Virus record (IMG/VR): IMGVR_UViG_3300022540_000472
Coordinates: 18,978 to 82,977 of that record
From: a virus
Reading direction: 5' to 3' (one strand)
DNA length: 64,000 bases
Of the stretch, positions 1-9,661 are shown piece after piece. A model generated the notes under the pieces. That model had not been told where the DNA came from. It did no database searches and worked only from the letters and a program-made list of their open reading frames with translations. A program made the position numbers and the translations under genes. Numbering within the stretch: the stretch's first letter is position 1; each line of letters opens with the position of its first letter.

Positions 1-2
1 AA

Positions 3-144
3 AAAGTAACAGATGGAAAAATTGTTGGTTCGCTTGAATATTGCCAATTTTGGAAAGAACGAGACAGATGGACGTATAGAGAGGAAAATAACCCTAAAGA
101 AAAAGGGTAAATTCTGTTGCAAATGGTTAATAAGTATGGTATAA
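3..144 (+). CDS. 3' end of a gene entering from outside the window (hypothetical)
   Basis: Open frame from the window edge (KVTDGKIVGSLEYCQFWKER...) to TAA at 142-144; no function recognisable. Confidence 0.35.
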
Positions 145-194
145 TGTACCGATAGTAAATACCCCTATGGGTAACTAAAAAAGGAGACCTGCAA

Positions 195-800
195 ATGGCA
201 TTACTAAATAATGAACACGTAAATATTGACAACCTACCACCAATTTTGGCTCTTGACGTTGCAGGTCAACCACGCCGTTGGATTTCGTACAAAGATAGCT
301 GTTACTACTCAGCTAAAGGATTGGTCGCTTGGACTATGGGCGAACAAGACGTAACTTTGTTTGGTGGTAAATCACGAATGACTGGTGAACAGTCTACTTT
401 GACAATGAACACAATTATTGCAATTCGCGGACACATTAATGCGAAAGCGATTGCACATCATCGTGTTCCTTTGACCAACAAGGCTTTGTTCCGTCGTGAC
501 AGAAACGTTTGCGCTTACTGTGGTGATCAATCAACACACACAAGATTAACACGTGACCACATCCACCCATCATCAAAAGGTGGTAAAGATGTTTGGACAA
601 ATGTTGTAACGTCTTGTGGTTCTTGTAATAAGCGCAAAAGTGACTTAACCCTTGTACAAGCAAATATGGAATTGATGTATGTTCCATATGAACCAAATCG
701 CAGCGAATACCTTATTCTTATGAATAAGAAGATTTTAGCTGACCAGATGACGTTCTTGTTAAAGCAAGTTCCTAAGCATAGCAGATTGCACCTCGATTGA
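195..800 (+). CDS. HNH endonuclease (McrA/HNH_5-like)
   Basis: RDRNVCAYCG...LTRDHIHPSSKGG...WTNVVTSCGSCNKRK: Zn-knuckle plus HNH motif; AAGGAG RBS upstream. Confidence 0.9.
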   Translation: MALLNNEHVNIDNLPPILALDVAGQPRRWISYKDSCYYSAKGLVAWTMGEQDVTLFGGKSRMTGEQSTLTMNTIIAIRGHINAKAIAHHRVPLTNKALFRRDRNVCAYCGDQSTHTRLTRDHIHPSSKGGKDVWTNVVTSCGSCNKRKSDLTLVQANMELMYVPYEPNRSEYLILMNKKILADQMTFLLKQVPKHSRLHLD

Positions 801-840
801 GGGGTGCAACCTCTTTTCTTTTGAAAATAGGATAAAATAT

Positions 841-1374
841 ATGACAGATGAAATCATGGGAGTTACTCCAAAACTCCTACCAATACTTACGTTCCCAAAT
901 GAGAGACTTCGTATAGTTGCTGAAAAGGTAACAGAATTTGATGAAGAACTTAAACAATTAGTTCTTGATATGATTATCACAATGTCTGAAAATAACGGTA
1001 TCGGTTTAGCTGCACCACAAGTTGGTATTAATAAACGAGTTATTGTTATTGCACTTAGTGATACTCCTCTCGCTTTAATCAATCCAATCATCATAGCATC
1101 GGAAGGTGATATAACATCTGAAGAAGGATGCCTATCCGTTCCTGGATATTACGAAACAATTAAACGCCACAGTAACATTGTAGTTAGCTTTCAAACATTA
1201 GAAGGTGAAGTTAAGGAATCAACTGCAGCAGGAATGTTATCAACTGTTGTTCAGCACGAAATTGATCACCTTAATGGAAAACTATTTGTTGACTATCTTT
1301 CCCCCTTAAAACAAAATAGGGCAAGAGAAAAATCAAAAAAGAATGCGAAGAAAATGCTTAAACTCGTGAAATAG
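841..1374 (+). CDS. def: Peptide deformylase
   Basis: All three PDF motifs: GIGLAAPQVG, EGCLS, QHEIDHLNG. Confidence 0.97.
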   Translation: MTDEIMGVTPKLLPILTFPNERLRIVAEKVTEFDEELKQLVLDMIITMSENNGIGLAAPQVGINKRVIVIALSDTPLALINPIIIASEGDITSEEGCLSVPGYYETIKRHSNIVVSFQTLEGEVKESTAAGMLSTVVQHEIDHLNGKLFVDYLSPLKQNRAREKSKKNAKKMLKLVK

Positions 1375-1443
1375 TTATTGTTTCTGTTGTCTTTTGGTGA
1401 ACATACGTATATAATACAATTTCTAAAATAGAAGGAAATTCAA

Positions 1444-1659
1444 ATGAAAGAATCAATAAAAGAAATATTATCTAATGCTGTTACTCAAGGGATTGACCCT
1501 GCAGAAATTAAAAAATTAAAGGAAATGATGGCAATTGGGCAACCAAGTCCAACTAAAAAATATAGAACTCGTGCTGAACGTGTATCGCGTCGAAAGATGC
1601 AAAAAGAATCTCGTCGTCGTAATCGTGGTGTCAATCAAGGTAAACGCGCTAAACGATAA
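1444..1659 (+). CDS. Small basic hypothetical protein
   Basis: GAAGGA RBS, upstream TATAAT, Arg/Lys-rich C-terminus. Confidence 0.7.
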   Translation: MKESIKEILSNAVTQGIDPAEIKKLKEMMAIGQPSPTKKYRTRAERVSRRKMQKESRRRNRGVNQGKRAKR

Positions 1660-1665
1660 TTGTAT

Positions 1666-1741
1666 GTCCTTGTAGTGTAACTGGATGCACACAGACCTCC
1701 TAAGTCTGCTGGTGTGGGTTCGAATCCCACCGAGGACACCA
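1666..1741 (+). tRNA. tRNA-Arg, anticodon CCT
   Basis: Cloverleaf: acceptor GTCCTTG/CGAGGAC, D-stem GTGT/GCAC, anticodon stem CAGAC/GTCTG with loop CT-CCT-AA, T-arm GTGGG-TTCGAAT-CCCAC, encoded A-CCA; 76 nt. Confidence 0.96.
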
Positions 1742-1763
1742 TAATAAAAATAAAGAGAACAAT

Positions 1764-2324
1764 ATGGATTTAGAGCAATATAAGAAAGATGCAATACGCA
1801 CAGAAAGTCAAATAGATAGTATAAAAATTAATACAACCATGCTTATTAATGTGTTAGCAATGTACATTAGTGCTGGACAAATGCTTGACCAAGTTAAAAA
1901 GCACATTTTTTATGGAAAAGAATATAAGATTGATGAATTCAATCACGCATATATGACTGTAAGAGATTCACTTGAAGATGTTGCTGGTGTACCATTATCA
2001 GGAGACCTTAATGAAGAGTTAGTCGATTTCGACCCACGCGTATTCCATGCTATCGTTGGAATCGCAACTGAATCAACTGAATTATGTGAAGCGTTATATG
2101 ATACCCTTCTTGGTAAAAAGGAAATGGATATTGTAAACCTTCTTGAAGAGAATGGTGACATACATTGGTATCAAGCTATTATGATGGATGCACTTGGTGG
2201 TGATTGGGAAAAGATTTTCAATACAAACATCGAAAAGCTACGTGCTCGCTACCCAGAAAAATTTACAAGTGATAAAGCAATCAATCGTGATTTGGAGACT
2301 GAGAGAGAAATCTTAGAAAAATAA
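1764..2324 (+). CDS. mazG: MazG-like nucleotide pyrophosphohydrolase (copy 1)
   Basis: GIATESTELCEAL...LLEENGDIHWYQA...NIEKLRARYPEKF: ExxE...EExGD motifs of the all-alpha NTP-PPase fold. Confidence 0.8.
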   Translation: MDLEQYKKDAIRTESQIDSIKINTTMLINVLAMYISAGQMLDQVKKHIFYGKEYKIDEFNHAYMTVRDSLEDVAGVPLSGDLNEELVDFDPRVFHAIVGIATESTELCEALYDTLLGKKEMDIVNLLEENGDIHWYQAIMMDALGGDWEKIFNTNIEKLRARYPEKFTSDKAINRDLETEREILEK

Positions 2325-3142
2325 TGAATATATATCGTAAACTTGTTGGCTTCCGTAATCGTTATCCTTATTGGAGCAATTCTAAACTGTCGTATAAAAT
2401 TCAGCAGTGGTCTGGAATGGAAAAATCTCCTACTGCTGCTTCATCTAAGGAATGGCGAGAGCTCGGTGAACGTCAACAGAAAGTAAGCCCAATCATCTAT
2501 TGGATTACTGAAGAAGGTTTCGATATTGTTCAAGATATTTTATTTTTTCCTTATGATGTATATCGTAACGCACGTGCTAAACTTCACAACATTTTCATTT
2601 CAAAAACACAATACATTCAAACAAGACTTCCTCGTGGAGAGTGGCACGAAAGCGAAACTCGTATCCTTCACGGACTTTGTGAATTAGTTGTTGATTTTGT
2701 TGAAGGCGAAAAAGCCCATATGTATGATAATGGAGAAGTTTGGGGAGGAGATGATTTTGTTCCCATTAAAGATAGACGTGAAGCGGGATTAAAATATTTA
2801 GATTGGGAAATTGGATTAGTAGTTGATGACGATTATCCAGGTGCAACAGAAGAGGATAAAGGAAAACCAACAGCACAATCAGAAACAGCACAAGAAATTA
2901 AAGACATCTATCTTTGGTGGAAGGATGTTCGTCCTAATCGTCCTGACCCAATGGATATTTCTGGTTGGTCAGATTATTGTGATACAAAAAGAGATATGTT
3001 TGACCCAGAAGAAGATGAAGAAAAGAGAAAACAAGTTCGGGTGATGTTAAAAACTATTACTAAACTTGAAAAAACATACGATGACGAAGATACAGAAATG
3101 TTAGTCAGTATAGTAAAAGCTCGTAAAGGAATGTGGACATGA
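2324..3142 (+). CDS. Hypothetical protein, Trp/acidic-rich
   Basis: 272-aa ORF coupled to neighbours by overlapping stop/start codons. Confidence 0.75.
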   Translation: MNIYRKLVGFRNRYPYWSNSKLSYKIQQWSGMEKSPTAASSKEWRELGERQQKVSPIIYWITEEGFDIVQDILFFPYDVYRNARAKLHNIFISKTQYIQTRLPRGEWHESETRILHGLCELVVDFVEGEKAHMYDNGEVWGGDDFVPIKDRREAGLKYLDWEIGLVVDDDYPGATEEDKGKPTAQSETAQEIKDIYLWWKDVRPNRPDPMDISGWSDYCDTKRDMFDPEEDEEKRKQVRVMLKTITKLEKTYDDEDTEMLVSIVKARKGMWT

Positions 3143-3321
3143 CAATAGAAGAGTTTATCGAGTTGGCTAAAAAACATTCAGCTACACCCGAAGCAATAAA
3201 AGCTTTTGAAGAACGCTGCAAAGAACGTGAAAAACGTTTCAAAGAGGAAGCTAGGAAACGGAGACCCGATAAAGAATTTATGGATAGACAATACACATAT
3301 GATTCAGATATACATGAATAA
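3139..3321 (+). CDS. Small charged hypothetical protein
   Basis: ATGA overlap with the previous stop; start at 3139 preferred to GTG 3133. Confidence 0.65.
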   Translation: MTIEEFIELAKKHSATPEAIKAFEERCKEREKRFKEEARKRRPDKEFMDRQYTYDSDIHE

Positions 3322-3346
3322 TCTGGACTAAACCCAAAAAATGTAG

Positions 3347-3375
3347 TTGACAAGTTGGTTAATTTGTTATATTAT
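3347..3375 (+). promoter_or_regulatory. sigma70-type promoter for the prkA-yeaH-spoVR operon
   Basis: TTGACA-N17-TATTAT. Confidence 0.75.
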
Positions 3376-3413
3376 ATACCCATCAAAGCTAATTACAATT
3401 AAAGAGGAAGGTT

Positions 3414-5366
3414 ATGAGCATTTTTGACAATTACCAAAAACGTTATACCAAGAAACAAGCTGAAGAGATGTCAATACAAGAATATCTCGATTTATGCAAA
3501 AAAGACCCATCATCATATGCGACTGCTTCAGAACGCATGTTAGATGCTATCGGGGAACCTAAAATTATCGATACACGAAATGACCTTCGTTTAAGTCGCA
3601 TCTTCACGAATCGTAAAGTTCGTACATATCCAACGTTTAATGAATTCTATGGTATGGAAGATACTATTGAACAAATCGTCGCATATTTCAAATATGCCGC
3701 ACAAGGGTTAGAAGAAAAGAAACAAATTCTTTATCTTTTAGGTCCAGTTGGTGGTGGTAAGTCATCTATTGCTGAACGATTAAAAGAATTAATTGAAACC
3801 GTTCCGTTCTATACACTTAAAGCACACAACGAAGCAACAGGTGAAGATGAATTTTCACCTATATTTGAATCACCACTTGGTTTATTTAATTTAGGTGAAG
3901 ATGCTGGCATTCTTAGTGAAGAATATGGTATTGCTGAACGATATCTTGGTGTAGTTCCTTCTCCTTGGGCAATAAAACGTCTTGATGAGATGGGTGGTGA
4001 TATCACAAAATTCTCTGTTGTTAAATTGTGGCCTTCTAAATTGCAGCAAATTGGTGTTACTAAAACAGAACCTGGTGATGAAAACAATCAAGACATTTCC
4101 GCATTGGTTGGTAAAACTGAATTGCGTAAGTTAGAATATTATGCTCAAGACGACCCAGATGCGTATAGCTACAGTGGTGGTTTAAACTTAACTACTCAAG
4201 GTATGCTTGAATTCGTTGAAATGTTTAAAGCACCAATTAAAATGTTACACCCTCTTCTTACAGCAACACAAGAAGGTAACTACAATGGTACAGAACAGTT
4301 AGGTGCTATGCCTTATCAAGGTATTATTTTGGCCCACTCAAACGAATCAGAGTGGCAGAAATTCCGTAACAATTCTGATAACGAAGCATTTCTTGATCGT
4401 GTGTACATTGTAAAAGTTCCTTACTGCTTACGTGTTACTGAAGAAGTTGAAATTTATGAAAAATTGTTAAAGCATTCAGAATTGGCTAAAGCTAAATGCG
4501 CTCCTGGTACTTTGGATATGATGGCACAATTTTCAATTCTTTCACGATTGGTTGATCCTGAAAATTCAAACTTCTTTTCAAAAATGGAAATATATGATGG
4601 TAAGAATTTAAAAGATATCGATCCTAACGCTAAATCACTTCAGGAGTATCGTGACTTTGCTGGTGTAAATGAAGGTATGGATGGTTTCTCTACTCGTGCT
4701 GCATATAAGATTCTTTCAAAAGTATTTAACTTTGATTCATCAGAAGTAGCAGCTAACCCTGTTCACTTGATGCACGTATTAAGAAAGCAAATTAAGCAAG
4801 AACAATACAAGCCAGAAATTGAAGAACAGTACGAAATGTTTGTAAATGGAATCCTTGGACCAAAATATGCTGAATTCATCGGTGATGAAATTCAAAAAGC
4901 ATATCTTGAATCATATAGTGAATACGGCCAGAACTTATTCGACCGTTATATTCAGTATGCTGATTATTGGATTCAGGATTCAGACTTCCGTGATCCAGAT
5001 ACTGGCGAACAGTTTGATCGTGAATCATTAGATGCTGAATTATCGAAGATTGAAAAACCTGCTCACATTTCAAATCCAAAAGATTTCCGAAATGAAGTTG
5101 TAAATTTTGTTCTTCGTGCAAAGGCAAATAATGAAGGCAACAATCCTGACTGGACAAGTTATGAAAAACTTCGTGTTGTTATCGAAAAGAAAATGTTTGC
5201 TAACACAGAAGAATTAATGCCTATAATTTCATTCAACCAGAAAGCATCAAGGGATGAAGCTGATAAACATAATGATTTTGTAAATCGTATGGTAAGCCGT
5301 GGTTACACGAAGAAGCAAGTTCAGTTGTTAGTAGAATGGTATATGCGTTTTAAAGGTAACAACTAA
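3414..5366 (+). CDS. prkA: PrkA/YeaG family AAA+ protein (serine protein kinase family)
   Basis: KKQILYLLGPVGGGKSS Walker A; KTEPGDENNQDISALVGK; EFVEMFKAPIKMLHPLLTATQEGNY; AHSNESEW; typical 650-aa length. Confidence 0.96.
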   Translation: MSIFDNYQKRYTKKQAEEMSIQEYLDLCKKDPSSYATASERMLDAIGEPKIIDTRNDLRLSRIFTNRKVRTYPTFNEFYGMEDTIEQIVAYFKYAAQGLEEKKQILYLLGPVGGGKSSIAERLKELIETVPFYTLKAHNEATGEDEFSPIFESPLGLFNLGEDAGILSEEYGIAERYLGVVPSPWAIKRLDEMGGDITKFSVVKLWPSKLQQIGVTKTEPGDENNQDISALVGKTELRKLEYYAQDDPDAYSYSGGLNLTTQGMLEFVEMFKAPIKMLHPLLTATQEGNYNGTEQLGAMPYQGIILAHSNESEWQKFRNNSDNEAFLDRVYIVKVPYCLRVTEEVEIYEKLLKHSELAKAKCAPGTLDMMAQFSILSRLVDPENSNFFSKMEIYDGKNLKDIDPNAKSLQEYRDFAGVNEGMDGFSTRAAYKILSKVFNFDSSEVAANPVHLMHVLRKQIKQEQYKPEIEEQYEMFVNGILGPKYAEFIGDEIQKAYLESYSEYGQNLFDRYIQYADYWIQDSDFRDPDTGEQFDRESLDAELSKIEKPAHISNPKDFRNEVVNFVLRAKANNEGNNPDWTSYEKLRVVIEKKMFANTEELMPIISFNQKASRDEADKHNDFVNRMVSRGYTKKQVQLLVEWYMRFKGNN

Positions 5367-5398
5367 TACTGTAAATACTAAAACAAACGGAGATTAGT

Positions 5399-6700
5399 GT
5401 GGCTCATATTATCATAGACCGTAGAAAGAATGCAAAAAACAAAAGCTCGGTTAATAGACAAAAGTTTATTAAGCGAGTGAAAGGACAAGTGCGAGATGCT
5501 GTTAAAGAAGTTATCCGAGATGGAAAAATTGAGGATATCATTGGAGATAGTGGAAAGAAAGTAAATGTCCCAATTAAAGATTTGAATGAACCAAACTTTC
5601 ATTACGGTGAAGGTGGAATGACAGACAAAGTTCTTCCAGGTAACCACCACTACAATGAAGGTGATCGTATAGATCGTCCTGAAGGTGGTGAAGGTGGTGG
5701 CGGACCAAAAGGTTCCAAAGATGGTGAAGATGAAGATGAATTCAGTTTCCACTTAACCAAGGAAGAATTCCTTGACTTATTCTTTGAAGACTTAGAATTG
5801 CCTGACCTCCTTAAAAAGGATTTAGCGACTGTTGATGAGTATGCTTACAGCCGAGCAGGATTTTCAACTGATGGTAACCCTGCTCGGTTAAATGTTCTTC
5901 GTTCAATGAAGCAAGCGAAAGCTCGTAAGTTCGCTCTTCGTTCTCCAAAGAAGAAAAAGCTACGTGTTCTTGAAGAAGAACTTAAACAGTTAGATATTAC
6001 GATTGAAAATTATCAATCAAAAGGACAAGATTGTTCAATTGAACAAGACCGTAAAAAGGTTGTAGTCGAAGAAATTAAAATACTCAAAAGAAAGATTAAA
6101 GCAATTCCATTTATAGATGATATTGACCTTCGTTACAATAGATGGGAAAAACATCCAATACCTGTTACACAAGCTGTTATGTTCTGTATTATGGACGTAT
6201 CTGGTAGTATGGGAGAATGGGAAAAGGAAATGTCAAAACGTTTCTTTATGCTTTTGTATTTATTCTTAACAAAAAATTACAAACGTGTTGAGCTTGTATT
6301 CATTCGTCACCACTCAATTGCTAAAGAAGTTGATGAAGATGAATTCTTTCACTCAAGAGAATCAGGTGGCACTGTAGTATCACCTGCTTTAGAACTTATG
6401 TATAATATTGTACAGCAGCGCTATCCCAGAAATTCTTGGAACATATATGCTTGTCAGGCATCAGATGGAGATAACTGGACACCTGATTGTGCAGTCACTC
6501 AAAATGTACTAACAAAGAAGATTCTCGGTATGGTTCAACACTATGCATATGTTGAGATTGATAGAAGGGGAGATGATAGCGACTTGTGGCCATATTATGA
6601 GGATGTAAAATTATCACATGATAATTTTGATATGTCTCTAATTACAGATGCTACCGATATCTATCCTGTCTTCCGTAAATTATTTGAAAAAAAGAAGTGA
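5399..6700 (+). CDS. yeaH: YeaH/YhbH family (DUF444) vWA-domain protein
   Basis: IIDRR..KNKSSVNRQKF N-terminus; EEFLDLFFEDLELP; MIDAS-like MDVSGSM; ESGGTVVS; QASDGDNW; GTG start. Confidence 0.95.
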   Translation: MAHIIIDRRKNAKNKSSVNRQKFIKRVKGQVRDAVKEVIRDGKIEDIIGDSGKKVNVPIKDLNEPNFHYGEGGMTDKVLPGNHHYNEGDRIDRPEGGEGGGGPKGSKDGEDEDEFSFHLTKEEFLDLFFEDLELPDLLKKDLATVDEYAYSRAGFSTDGNPARLNVLRSMKQAKARKFALRSPKKKKLRVLEEELKQLDITIENYQSKGQDCSIEQDRKKVVVEEIKILKRKIKAIPFIDDIDLRYNRWEKHPIPVTQAVMFCIMDVSGSMGEWEKEMSKRFFMLLYLFLTKNYKRVELVFIRHHSIAKEVDEDEFFHSRESGGTVVSPALELMYNIVQQRYPRNSWNIYACQASDGDNWTPDCAVTQNVLTKKILGMVQHYAYVEIDRRGDDSDLWPYYEDVKLSHDNFDMSLITDATDIYPVFRKLFEKKK

Positions 6701-6707
6701 GGTTATT

Positions 6708-8255
6708 GTGAACGAACGCAAACCAATATCTACATGTAGTGAATGGACATTTGAACTCATTGAAGAGTACTATAATGAAATTGAACGTATTGCTCGGGAC
6801 AAATTCAACATTAGCTACTACCCAAATCAACTTGAAATAATCTCAAGTGAACAAATGCTTGATGCATACGCATCTGTTGCTATGCCAATTATGTACAACC
6901 ATTGGTCGTTTGGAAAGCAATTCGTATACCAACATGAACATTACAAACGTGGTTATATGGGATTGGCATATGAAGTTGTAATTAACTCAAATCCATGTAT
7001 CTCTTACTTAATGGAAGAGAACACGATGACAATGCAAGCGCTTGTAACTGCTCATGCTGCATTTGGACATAATTCATTCTTTAAAAATAACTACCTATTC
7101 AAACAATGGACTGATGCTGAAGCTATCATAGATTATCTTACATTTGCTAAAAAATATATTGCTGATTGTGAAGAGAAGCATGGAATTGATGAAGTAGAAG
7201 AAGTTCTTGATTCATGTCATGCGTTACAACATTATGGTGTTGATAAGTACAAACGTCCACCACAATTATCAATAGCTGAAGAAAAGGCTAGACAAAAAGA
7301 ACGCAACGAATACTTACAGTCACAGTTGAACGAATTGTGGAATACTGTACCGACATCAAAGACGAAAGACAGTAAAGAGACAGAACCAAGTTTCCCTTCA
7401 GAGCCACAAGAGAATGTTCTTTACTTTATTGAAAAGAATGCTCCGAACATGCCAACATGGAAACGAGAGTTGATTCGTATCGTTCGTAAGATGGCACAAT
7501 ACTTCTATCCTCAAATGCAAACAAAATTGATGAATGAAGGTTGGGCGACTTTTTGGCACTACACGCTAATTCACGAATTGTATGAAGAAGGACTTGTTAC
7601 TGATGGGTTTATGCTTGAGTTTTATGATAACCACACAGCAGTTGTAGCACAATTACCGTACTGGCACAAACATTACAATGGCATTAATGTGTATGCTCTT
7701 GGTTTTGCAATGTATCAAGACATTAAACGAATTTGTATGGACCCAACTGAAGAAGACAAAGAGTGGTTCCCTGAGTTTGCTGGAAATGGTGATTGGAATA
7801 AAACTGTTCATTGGGCGATGGAAAACTTTAAAGATGAAAGTTTTGTTATGCAATTTCTTTCACCAAAGGTAATTCGTGACTTTAGGCTGTTTTCTTTTCT
7901 TGATGATGATAAAGATCCTAAACTTGAGATTTCAGCGATTCATGATAAAAATGGATATAAGAAGATCCGTGAAAAATTATCAAACCAATATAATGTTATT
8001 AATTATATCCCTGATATTCAAGTAACCAACGTTGATCGTTGGGGAGATCGTTCATTAACGCTTCGGCACTATATGTTCAATAGACAACCGTTGGATGAGA
8101 AGTCAACAACAGAAGTTTTGAAACATTTACACAGATTGTGGGGATTTGGTGTTCACCTTGAATCCACAGATGACCGCGATAAAATCCGTGCTATATACGA
8201 AATATCTGGCGATGATGCAATAATAGATGTTTTTATGGACGATAGCGACGAATGA
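6708..8255 (+). CDS. spoVR: SpoVR/YcgB family protein
   Basis: SEWTFELI; YPNQLEII; GLAYEVVINSNPCISYLMEEN; AHAAFGHNSFFKNN; YFYPQMQTKLMNEGWATFWH; start moved to GTG 6708 behind GAGGT. Confidence 0.95.
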   Translation: MNERKPISTCSEWTFELIEEYYNEIERIARDKFNISYYPNQLEIISSEQMLDAYASVAMPIMYNHWSFGKQFVYQHEHYKRGYMGLAYEVVINSNPCISYLMEENTMTMQALVTAHAAFGHNSFFKNNYLFKQWTDAEAIIDYLTFAKKYIADCEEKHGIDEVEEVLDSCHALQHYGVDKYKRPPQLSIAEEKARQKERNEYLQSQLNELWNTVPTSKTKDSKETEPSFPSEPQENVLYFIEKNAPNMPTWKRELIRIVRKMAQYFYPQMQTKLMNEGWATFWHYTLIHELYEEGLVTDGFMLEFYDNHTAVVAQLPYWHKHYNGINVYALGFAMYQDIKRICMDPTEEDKEWFPEFAGNGDWNKTVHWAMENFKDESFVMQFLSPKVIRDFRLFSFLDDDKDPKLEISAIHDKNGYKKIREKLSNQYNVINYIPDIQVTNVDRWGDRSLTLRHYMFNRQPLDEKSTTEVLKHLHRLWGFGVHLESTDDRDKIRAIYEISGDDAIIDVFMDDSDE

Positions 8256-8277
8256 GCATAAATATTTGGAGATGAAT

Positions 8278-8409
8278 ATGAAAAAAGATCAGGAATACGA
8301 AGAACTTGTTAGCTGGGTTCCGGAGGACGGATACGGCGAAGAAGACGAAGAAATACGCACCAAGGACGATGCGCTTGAAGGGATTGACCAAACAGAAACT
8401 GGATGTTAA
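8278..8409 (+). CDS. Small acidic hypothetical protein
   Basis: GGAG RBS and CATAAATA late-promoter-like motif upstream; 43 aa, very D/E-rich. Confidence 0.5.
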   Translation: MKKDQEYEELVSWVPEDGYGEEDEEIRTKDDALEGIDQTETGC

Positions 8410-8410
8410 C

Positions 8411-8447
8411 AAAGGGGAATAACAATAAAATGTTATTCCCCTTTTTG
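8411..8447. terminator. Rho-independent terminator
   Basis: AAAGGGGAATAACA-loop-TGTTATTCCCCTTT perfect 14-bp stem followed by T-run. Confidence 0.85.
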
Positions 8448-8514
8448 TTTGTTCACTAAATACTTTTAAGCAAAATTAGTACCACACCAACAATTTACGA
8501 CGAAGGAGTGTTAC

Positions 8515-9288
8515 ATGGCTAGAAAGAAAAACCGCGGCTCTAACAGAGTTCGCAAACAAATAAAATCTCTAGAATTGCAATTAATAGAAAATGGGAGAGC
8601 AATGGACCAAGGACCACAGAAAAAGAAAAAATGGACAAAGCATGATATACATGCAGTCAAACCACTAACCGCTACACAAGAAGAAATGTTTCATTCCTTC
8701 TATCAAGGCCAGCACATATGTGCTCATGGGTCAGCAGGTACAGGAAAAACCTTTCTTGCCTTATATCTCGCAATTAACGAAGTCATTGAACAAGGTATAG
8801 GTGCCTCTCGAATTATTATAGTTCGTTCGCCAGTACAGTTACGTGAAATCGGACATATGCCAGGTGATCTTGAAGAAAAGATTTCTTTCTTTGAAACACC
8901 ATATAAAGATATTATGGCTGATTTGTTTAACCGTTCAGCAACGTACGATAATATGAAAGAGGCTGGAATCATTGAATTCATGCCTACAACATTCATACGT
9001 GGCCTAACGTGGGACGATGCGATAGTTATAGTGGACGAAGGACAAAATATGTCGTTTCATGAAATCAACTCAATTATGACACGATTAGGTGAGAATTCAC
9101 GTATAATCTTTACTGGTGATTTACCACAATCAGATCTAACAAGAAGAAATGATATTAGTGGGATGGGACAGTTTATGAAGATTGCTGAAAATATGAAAGA
9201 TTTTAGCAGCGTTGGATTCACAAAACACGATATTGTAAGGAGTAATTTTGTTAAGAGATGGATTATAGCATCTGAAGAAGTTGCATAA
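8515..9288 (+). CDS. phoH: PhoH family ATPase
   Basis: HGSAGTGKT; FIRGLTWDDAIVIVDEGQN; IFTGDLPQSDL; DIVRSNFV. Confidence 0.95.
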   Translation: MARKKNRGSNRVRKQIKSLELQLIENGRAMDQGPQKKKKWTKHDIHAVKPLTATQEEMFHSFYQGQHICAHGSAGTGKTFLALYLAINEVIEQGIGASRIIIVRSPVQLREIGHMPGDLEEKISFFETPYKDIMADLFNRSATYDNMKEAGIIEFMPTTFIRGLTWDDAIVIVDEGQNMSFHEINSIMTRLGENSRIIFTGDLPQSDLTRRNDISGMGQFMKIAENMKDFSSVGFTKHDIVRSNFVKRWIIASEEVA

Positions 9289-9289
9289 T

Positions 9290-9316
9290 AAAAAAGCCCC
9301 TTTAAGGGGCTTTTTT
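9290..9316. terminator. Bidirectional Rho-independent terminator
   Basis: AAAAAAGCCCCT-TTA-AGGGGCTTTTTT between convergent genes. Confidence 0.9.
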
Positions 9317-9661
9317 ATTTTTTAAGTGACTACCAGTAATCAGACCTTCGAGCCGAGCTCGGTGTTCCTCGAGTTGTCGGAGACGACCTTCTAACTTCCC
9401 AAGGTCATCTCCGATTTCTGAGCGTGCTTCTTTGTGTTCATCTCTGATTTCTTTTATATCTGTTTTTATTTCTGTTAGATGATTTCCTATGGACAACATT
9501 TTCTCCTCAACGACAGACAAGCGGGTGCCGTACATCATAAATGTAGTCGTAATAGATACGATCGCAATTATAATATATACGACATCACGCAACGATAGAG
9601 ATGCTGGAACTCTTACGCGTACATCATTATTAGGAGAATTCCTAATATTATCATCCGACAT
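9302..9661 (-). CDS. Single-TM membrane protein with coiled-coil tail
   Basis: Hydrophobic VVYIIIAIVSITTTFMMY then heptad-rich region; AAGGAGG RBS and CATAAATA upstream on the minus strand. Confidence 0.75.
   Translation of the reverse strand: MSDDNIRNSPNNDVRVRVPASLSLRDVVYIIIAIVSITTTFMMYGTRLSVVEEKMLSIGNHLTEIKTDIKEIRDEHKEARSEIGDDLGKLEGRLRQLEEHRARLEGLITGSHLKNKKAP

Noticed and set aside
195-800. HNH gene as a homing endonuclease in an intron or mobile element
   Set aside because: Free-standing, with no interrupted host gene, intron core or flanking repeats visible
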